A DNA stretch of 56,906 bases, the filler included, from Catajapyx aquilonaris (lineage: Eukaryota), in assembly GCA_000934665.2 (NCBI GenBank). It is 2 parts of 2 records of this genome, joined end to end, with 100 filler letters (N's around TTAATTAATTAA, not from the genome) between each part and the next. Parts side by side here need not be neighbours in the genome. Positions count along the whole stretch, not along the records: positions 28,662 to 56,906 come from KZ539254.1; 1 more part is not named here. The stretch is one strand, 5' to 3'. Of this stretch, positions 49,895 to 56,906 are shown piece by piece. The notes below the pieces were generated by a model, which was not told the DNA's origin, did no database searches, and saw only the letters and a list, made by a program, of their open reading frames with translations. How positions within the stretch are numbered: the first letter of the stretch is position 1; the number at the start of each line of letters is the position of its first letter. The position numbers were made by a program, and so were the translations under genes.

Positions 49895-52800
49895 TTACAA
49901 AGTGTGTGCACTGAAGGGGAAGCTTTCACCATGAGCTGAAGCACCATCATTTTTTGGCTCAATGACCGGGAACATACAAAACTCCCACTCCCGGACTACA
50001 CTGCAATGAGTATCATTTCTCAAATCTAGGGGGAACTCCATGACATCAATGTCCTTGTATAAAAGAAATGAAGCAAGACGGGTCGGAAGATGCAACTTTT
50101 CCACTGCATCCTTCATGATCCTTCCAGGAGTCAGCACCTTCGATAGCTGAGCGCGAATGCCTGTCCTGCACATTTCCTGGAGAGTTGGCACTGAATCTAG
50201 AAGGATCAAAGGCAGTGGTTTTTCAAATTGCTGCTAATCATTTCAAAAATCAGTCGGGCCATCCCTAGCTTTAAAAGTGATAATAATCCCAGCTGAAGTA
50301 TCAACAAAGCCCAATGTTCCAGTCTTGCACATTGCAAACCCCTTAAATTATGGCATTACAGTTCCAAACTTGACAAACCGAAAATGGTGGCCAACATGTG
50401 CATGACTGTTATTTAATGTTATTTAAATGCATCATGGAATCACTATGGTTGTATATGAATTGAGTTGAAGCCATTTAACAAGCTGTGAAGTGGGTGAGGT
50501 TTTGGAATCACAAAAATTCAAATCTATGATATTGAAAATCATATTGCCTAATGCTGTGTTCCTAAGCTCAGGCGAACAAGAGATTCGAAACTTGTGAGTG
50601 AGTGAGCGACCACAAGCCAATGGGTTTTGAGAACATTTCATTCATTCTTTCGTACAAATGTTTTTCATGAGCTTGGGAGCACACTTCAAGACAGTCACAG
50701 AGTGGCAAAATTAAATAAAAGGCAAATCAAACCAAAGCCATTGTAGATGTGGTCCCAGTTAAGCTCGCTTCTAGTGATACCCTCCACTGCTTCCTGAAAC
50801 TCCCTCAGTTTCTCCGTCCTCGTCCACGGAGCAATCCCCAGTGTGGAGCAAACCACAGCCATGGTTTCCATTCTCTTCACAAACAGCTCTGGGCATTGCA
50901 CGAACATGAAACGTCTCGCCTTGAAGATCTTCTCCAGAAAGTAGGTCCACTGCTCCAGCCAACCAACCACTGTAATCCTGCTGAACCTCAGCAGGAAGGC
51001 AAGGATACGTGAATTGTTGAGGGTTGCAGAAAGCATCATATCAGGCAAGCCAGTGGAGTTATGCCTGCTGGTGTAATCAGGATCGAAGCCATGGTCCTCC
51101 AAAAATGCGAATATTTGCAACCACATATCATCTGAGATGTGGGTGTTGTATGTCATACGACATATAGGCAGAGTAGGTGCAACATATGAGTTTGGTGGTG
51201 GGTTCACCTGCATGCCTGAAGAGAAGAGGAACCATATTAAAATTTCATATTAAAGTAAAGTAAATTAATTGCCAGATATATATATTTTTAAAAAAGCCTG
51301 TAGCTTAGTAATATGTGCGCCAGGTATGTTCTAAGTAAAACCTGATTGATACACACTTTGTAGCCTATGCATATTCGCATCTACATATCTCATACATGTT
51401 GGTTGAAACATTGCAAATATTTCTCCCAATTGGTATTGGTACTCATGTGCAGATGGGCAAAATTTTAGTTCATGCCTGAGTAACAAGTAGTTATGGACAT
51501 GTCACTATTTTGAAAAAGTTGTTAAATCAGGCCCCATATTTAGAATTACAGATTGGCATAAAAGTCAAATCACCCCCACTCCAAGTGCAACCAAATGATG
51601 TAATGATCTTCTTACCTTGGTCTGCAAATGTTGTCAGGAGAGGCAACACTTTGTGGCCTTGGAACCCCAACATAACTGTCAATGGTATGCAGAGCTCATA
51701 CCTGGCCAAGTCTCCCATCGCACATGAAAGCAGGGGTATCACTGGAGATAAAACTACGAAGTTTATACTGTTTCCTCTGGCAAAGCAAATGTCAGGCTCG
51801 CCACCAATGTGCCAATGAGTCCACGAACCCATGGTTCCAAAGGTGAATCCATGCTTCAGGAGAATTGGTAGGTAGTCGGGGCTGGAAGAAATAAAAGTGT
51901 GTTTCTAAATGTTTCAAATCACACAAGTCTTTGCACATAAGGCTGTGCTCCCAAGCTCACAATAAAGTAAGTTTAGAGGCGAATTCAAGACTTTTGCATA
52001 AACGAGAAGCCACAGACCAACAGGATGCGAGAATTAGCCTATCTTTCACATATTTTTGATACGACTGATTCTTGCGAGCTCAGTAACATAGCCCAACACT
52101 GCATTTCATTCAGTGAAAAGAAAACTATAGTAATTGAATCAAAAAAAGAACCCCGTCGGCTGCACTATTTACAAGCATTAACTAAGTTCATTTCTGCATG
52201 AAAGGGAGGGAGTGTGTTTCACATTTGGCAAAGAAGATCCACCACTGGGCAATGCACAATGATCTGTCGAATCTGAGCTGGCACCCACATCGACACAGTG
52301 ATATTTTGAATTGTCCCCCTGGGAGGGCAGCATTATCGACCCCCGCTCTCGTAAATCGCCTCCGGCAATCATGGCAGCCATCAGGGACGAGCAGTACGTA
52401 GCACTGAAATTCTGCTTCCGCTTTTAGAAGACTGCTACGGAAGCATATCATCTGTTGCAAGAAGCATATGGAGATGATGCCATTCCCCGTCAATCCAGAA
52501 AGCACAGTGTAGAAGTCTACGAACTCTCCAACATTGAAAAAAGGAAAGGTGCAGGCGAATGCAGGGAAAGTGATGGTGATATCGCTTTTTGACATTCGTG
52601 GAATGGTATACCGCAACACATTGTTCTGCTGCATACCACCATTACTGATGCCTATTACGTGTCTGTGCCGAGGGCCCTCTTCAAAAAAACGACATCACCA
52701 TCACTTTCCCTGCACTCGCATGCACCTTTGCTTTTTTCGATGTTGGAGAGTTCGTAGACTTCCACACTGTGCTTTCTGGATTGACGGGGAATGGCATCAT

Positions 52801-55408
52801 CTCCATATGCTTCTTGCAACAAATGATATGTTTCCAATGATATGTTATTTGTTCAATAGTTTATGTAATAGTCATGGAAAAAAAAAAATCAGTGCCAGTC
52901 TCACAGTGAACCACCCTCATATTTCGTTGTGTTTGATATTTCTGCTTTCCATTTGATGCAATTTCTCATGTGTAGGGAAAAGTACAAGCCTTCAAGTAAT
53001 TTGCGTCAATGTTTAATGCAGTCTATAAGGTCCATCCTCGTCACGAAAAATGCATCATCCCAAAAAGAGAGAATCTAGTATTGCCCATCTCTTGTGTTGT
53101 GATTATTCTGACAGTAATTAGATCGAATCATGTGTCAAAGGACACGGAATTTCAGTATGTGCAGCCAAAAATAAAAGCAAACATGAAAGGAGTGTCAATG
53201 TGTCATTAATTATAGTTTTGGAATCCTTACTTGTACTTGCTTGCCAGACAGATGATGTCATTTGCTCCGTTATTGCTCATGCTACAGTTCTTCAGGACAT
53301 CTGGATCCATTTTCTGCAATAGCATTTCCACAGCCCTAGAACAAAGTATAATCAATGACACATATTTCTGGTTTAATGAATGATGAGGCTTACCTGATGT
53401 TGCCTAGCCTTACAGCATGGTGAAGTGGCAAGGAATGATCTTCATCCATCAACTCATTGCAATCTGCTCCATGTTGCAGCAAAACTTCAAAAGTAGTGAA
53501 CTCCCCAAATATCAATGATATCATAAGAGGAGTCAGTCCAACAACATCCCTGGGTGAAAAGTTAATGGCTTTATTTAAAGCTGACTGATTATAAATACAG
53601 TAACATTTCCAGTGTAAGAATTACCCTAACCTGCAAAGACACACATTATCGCAAAGTACTTCTGGACACTCATGTGACATCAGTTCATAAGAGGAAGCTC
53701 AAATGGACTTGTTATCTAACATTTTGTACATCTTAAATAATTGCACAAAGCATGAGCAATAAAGCATACAATATTAAATCTTATGCTACCATAAAAATGT
53801 AGTTATCCAGAACATTTAAGATTTATCTGGTAATCCCAATTTTCTCAGTATATTTCTGTCCACAGATTTGAAGGCTACTCACATCTAAAATTTCTCCCGC
53901 TTCTGAGTAAGCCTATCCATAGTAGGGTACAAGGATGTTTCAAAAAGTATTTGACAACTTTTTCAATTCCAAAACATCACCACAGAGACTCAAACTGACA
54001 TGCAGATAAGGAAGAGAAAGTTTTTCTCTACTTTTCGACGTTGTCACCATGCACATTGATGCACTTGTCCCACCGGGAAACTTGTTTTTCTATGCCACTG
54101 CAGAAGTAAGGGTCTAGCCAGGTGTGAAGCCAGTGGCGGACAGATTGTTTCACTTCCTTATTGTCACTGAAATGTTGATGGCCAGGTGCTTCTTTATTGG
54201 TCTTAAGAAATGGTAATCACTTGGAGCCAAGTCATGGCTGTCAGGTGGGTGTCGCAGGATATGTCATCCCCCAACTTGAATCTTCCATGTCATAGCATGT
54301 GCTGAATCCATGACAACAATCATTGTCATGACTCATGAATAACATTAGCCATCCTCATTTCTGGTTATTTAACACAAATTGCTGCATGGAACTAATCCAT
54401 GCAGTCGCATTTTCCCTTTGGAAGGAATTCCACTAAGAGGACCCCTTGCCAGTCCCAATAAACTGTGACTCTGACTTCACTGCGGATGCTGCAGACTTGA
54501 ATTTTTGCAGAATCTGCATGCTTCCAAATCATGCTTGCTTAGTCTCTGGGGTGAAGTGGTGTGCCCATATGAAGTTTTTTGACACAAAACTTTGTACTGT
54601 ACTTCACATGATGGCCATCCGCCACTGGTCTTGTAGCAAGCCTGACACTTTTTTTTTTGCAGTTCAGGCAAGGAAAACACTAGCGTCCCAGTGGGATAAG
54701 TGCATCGACATGTATGGTGACTACATTGAAAAGTGGAGAAAGACTTCCCATTTCATATGTGTACATGTCAGTTTTAGTTTTAGTAGTCAAGCTTCTGAAT
54801 TTAATAAGTGGCGAATTACTTTTTGATTCACCCTTGTACTACATGTCAGTCAACAGTGCCATGCATGGCTTTGAGTCCATTTCTCCAAAAATACTTTGAG
54901 AAAGCCTATTTTGCTTTTGTGCAGTATAAGTTTCCAATATATCCATTCACAACTGTTAAAATCGCTCCACCTCAAGGCCGTAACATAATTTGCACATAAT
55001 TATTATGTCAGTGAGATATTATTATGCTTTCCAGATTTTAAAAAGGCACCTCATAAATTAAGATTTAAATGAAACAAAATTATTTCGGTGTACTCACTGG
55101 CAGTCAATATTAACCGAGTTCGAACCCTCTTGTTCCAACAGCCACTTCACCATAGAACAATCTCCTTCCTTTGCAGCATAGTGGAGCAAAGTGTGCACCT
55201 GGCTTCCATATGGTGCTCGATTGATGATCATCTTCCCACACTGAAATTGAAAAATGCAAAACTTGGTAGCATTCAAGATTCACCCAATATCCTGTAGTTG
55301 AATAAAAGGTTCTCAACTCATGCATTTCTTGGGACTTCACATGTTATGTACCTACAAGACACATTTCTAGTGAAATTACCCCCCGCTACAAAATTATTAT
55401 TCTTATTC

Positions 55409-55469
<61 letters not shown>

Positions 55470-55717
55470 CATCATCATCATCATTTCATTTGACTAAATT
55501 ATCTCACCCCTGCACATATGCAAAATTTTAAAATTACCTGTCGTGTCATAAAAAATAATCAACCTTACCTGCATATGATTACAGACACGATCTAAGCACT
55601 CTTCGTCGTCAAGAGTTCCTTTTACTGACTCATAACGAGTATTCACGTCTATTCCAGCTTGCAACAGTAAGGAAGCCACCTTCAGTCTGTCTTCATGTTC
55701 GCAAATTCCATGTACAG
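49895..55717 (-). CDS. Ankyrin-repeat and SOCS-box protein, paralogue 2 (5' exons outside the window); exons 55717-55569, 55240-55098, 53549-53394, 53335-53231, 51881-51616, 51215-50733, 50196-49895
   Basis: Exon-by-exon homologue of paralogue 1 with the same phases (156- and 105-nt exons identical in length); SOCS box VPTLQEMCRTGIR...LHLPTRLASFLLY; longer C-terminal tail. Confidence 0.85.
52380..52840. mobile_element. Mariner 5'-derived remnant with inverted duplication
   Basis: Encodes decayed KTATEAYHLLQEAYGDDA (mariner N-terminal HTH) and GKVMVISLFDIRGMV; ~52442-52590 is an inverted repeat of ~52684-52830. Confidence 0.8.
53930..54836 (-). mobile_element. Decayed mariner element with two 3' ends
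   Basis: TA-flanked TIRs (CAAGG(A/G)TG..TCAAAAAGTA); minus strand encodes VTVYWDWQGVLLVEFLP, HPPDSHDLAPSDYHF and GIEKQVSRWDKCINVHGDNVEK*; plus strand near the right end encodes SQWDKCIDMYGDYIEK. Confidence 0.85.
55394..55484. repeat. (TTA)n/(TCA)n microsatellite
   Basis: Direct reading of the sequence. Confidence 0.95.
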
Positions 55718-56388
55718 CTGAAATCCCGTAACTTACATGAAAAACTCATCCCTGACATAATTATTACACCGGTGCAATTCCTTCATCAATAACAGGGGAG
55801 CCAGGACATGGAAGGGGGAAATTGCAAAGGACTCGGAGCTATCAGTGACACAACTATTCCATTTATATTCTACCCCAGAATCTCGTCTTTGCACATTGCT
55901 AGGAAACAGTAGCCTTCAGCTACCAGGCAATATCCTGGGAGGGGGGCTCTACCCACTTCACTCCACAATAGGCATATTGGGCTATTCAGGAAAATGTGAG
56001 CTGAGTCCCCCTGATGCCTGAAAAGGTAGCCGTGCCCTGTGAGCTGAAATGATGAACAGACCAGTTCCCACCAACTGAAACAACTTGGTGTGGTCAGGAG
56101 CACACTAACTTATTGAATAGAGAAATCGGGAGCTGGGAGTGGACACTGACTTGTTATGATATGCACATGGATTTTCAAAATGAAATGGGATAACCTAATT
56201 TGACAAATCAAGTTCATAAAATTAATGACAAACACAAGTATCGACCAAATAAATACAAGAAAGAATCAAACACAACCTAACCAGTCAACTGTAAGCTGAC
56301 ATCATTATGAATAGGTCCAGCAAGAGATGTGCTAAAAATCTGGACAAATCTCGCCAGTGCAGTGCTTTGACAATATTAGGTTGATAAC

Positions 56389-56720
56389 GGGCGACACGGT
56401 GGGGTAGTGGTTAGCACCACAGCCTTGCACCTCTAAGGTCCAGAGTTCGATCCCCGGATCGGGCGGAGTATGCTTATGTGGATAGAGTTTTGATAGGTTC
56501 TCTCCATGTTCGTGTGGGTTTTCTCGAGGTTCTCCCGTTTCCTCCCACTATCAAAATCCATCACAGCAAAGGAAATGATTAAAGTCAGTCTATTAAAAGA
56601 TAATACCCTAAAAAGCCCAAAGAGGCTTATCCATTGTGACGACCGTACCGTAGTTCGGTACCGTACACCTGGCTAGCTCATGGGTCCAAATACTGGGTTC
56701 AGTAAATGATACTCGGACTG
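56389..56720 (+). mobile_element. tRNA-derived SINE with V-domain-like core
   Basis: A box (GTGGGGTAGTGGTTAG), B box (GAGTTCGATCCC), then gttctctccatgttcgtgtgggttttctcgaggttctcccgtttcctcccac, resembling the V-SINE central domain. 3' end approximate. Confidence 0.8.
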
Positions 56721-56906
56721 GTGATAACAACAGCACGTCTATTGCTCAGAGGTTACAGCCAAGCAGGAGAGGAGCATAAGAGTAAGAGAGAGAGGCGCCA
56801 AGCAGCACCCCTGCTTTTATAACGTTGCATCTCCCCACAATGACGTCAAGACTCAAGGGGGGAGGAGAGTGGGAGCATGAGTTGGGGGTACAACTGTCAC
56901 GTGCCC

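Overview
Eukaryotic (invertebrate animal-type) genomic DNA with spliced genes and many ~55-65 nt GT-AG introns; it is not prokaryotic and has no CRISPR array. Exons were assembled by hand with splice phases checked. Genes: a secreted Gly/Pro-rich protein (-), HMG20A/B-like (+), an unrecognised 406-aa helical protein (+), RCC1 (-), mitochondrial release factor MTRF1L-like (+), RPL12 (-), a SAFB/SLTM-like RRM protein (+) and two tandem ankyrin-repeat/SOCS-box (ASB-like) paralogues (-). Non-coding DNA holds many non-autonomous elements (hAT, PIF/Harbinger, Kolobok, Tc1/mariner and piggyBac-type MITEs, two tRNA-derived SINEs, mariner remnants). Most interesting observations: (1) a 2.4-kb foldback/tandem structure at 12.05-14.46 kb whose unit carries two convergent tRNA-like Pol III cassettes; (2) a triplicated symmetric 156-nt ankyrin exon in one ASB paralogue; (3) an intron inside the last sense codon of RPL12 whose splicing does not change the protein; (4) the orphan gene with X-box and forkhead promoter motifs. 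An artificial TTAATTAATTAA linker in the gap at 28.6 kb means the two halves may not be contiguous. No database searches were run, so all novelty claims are provisional.
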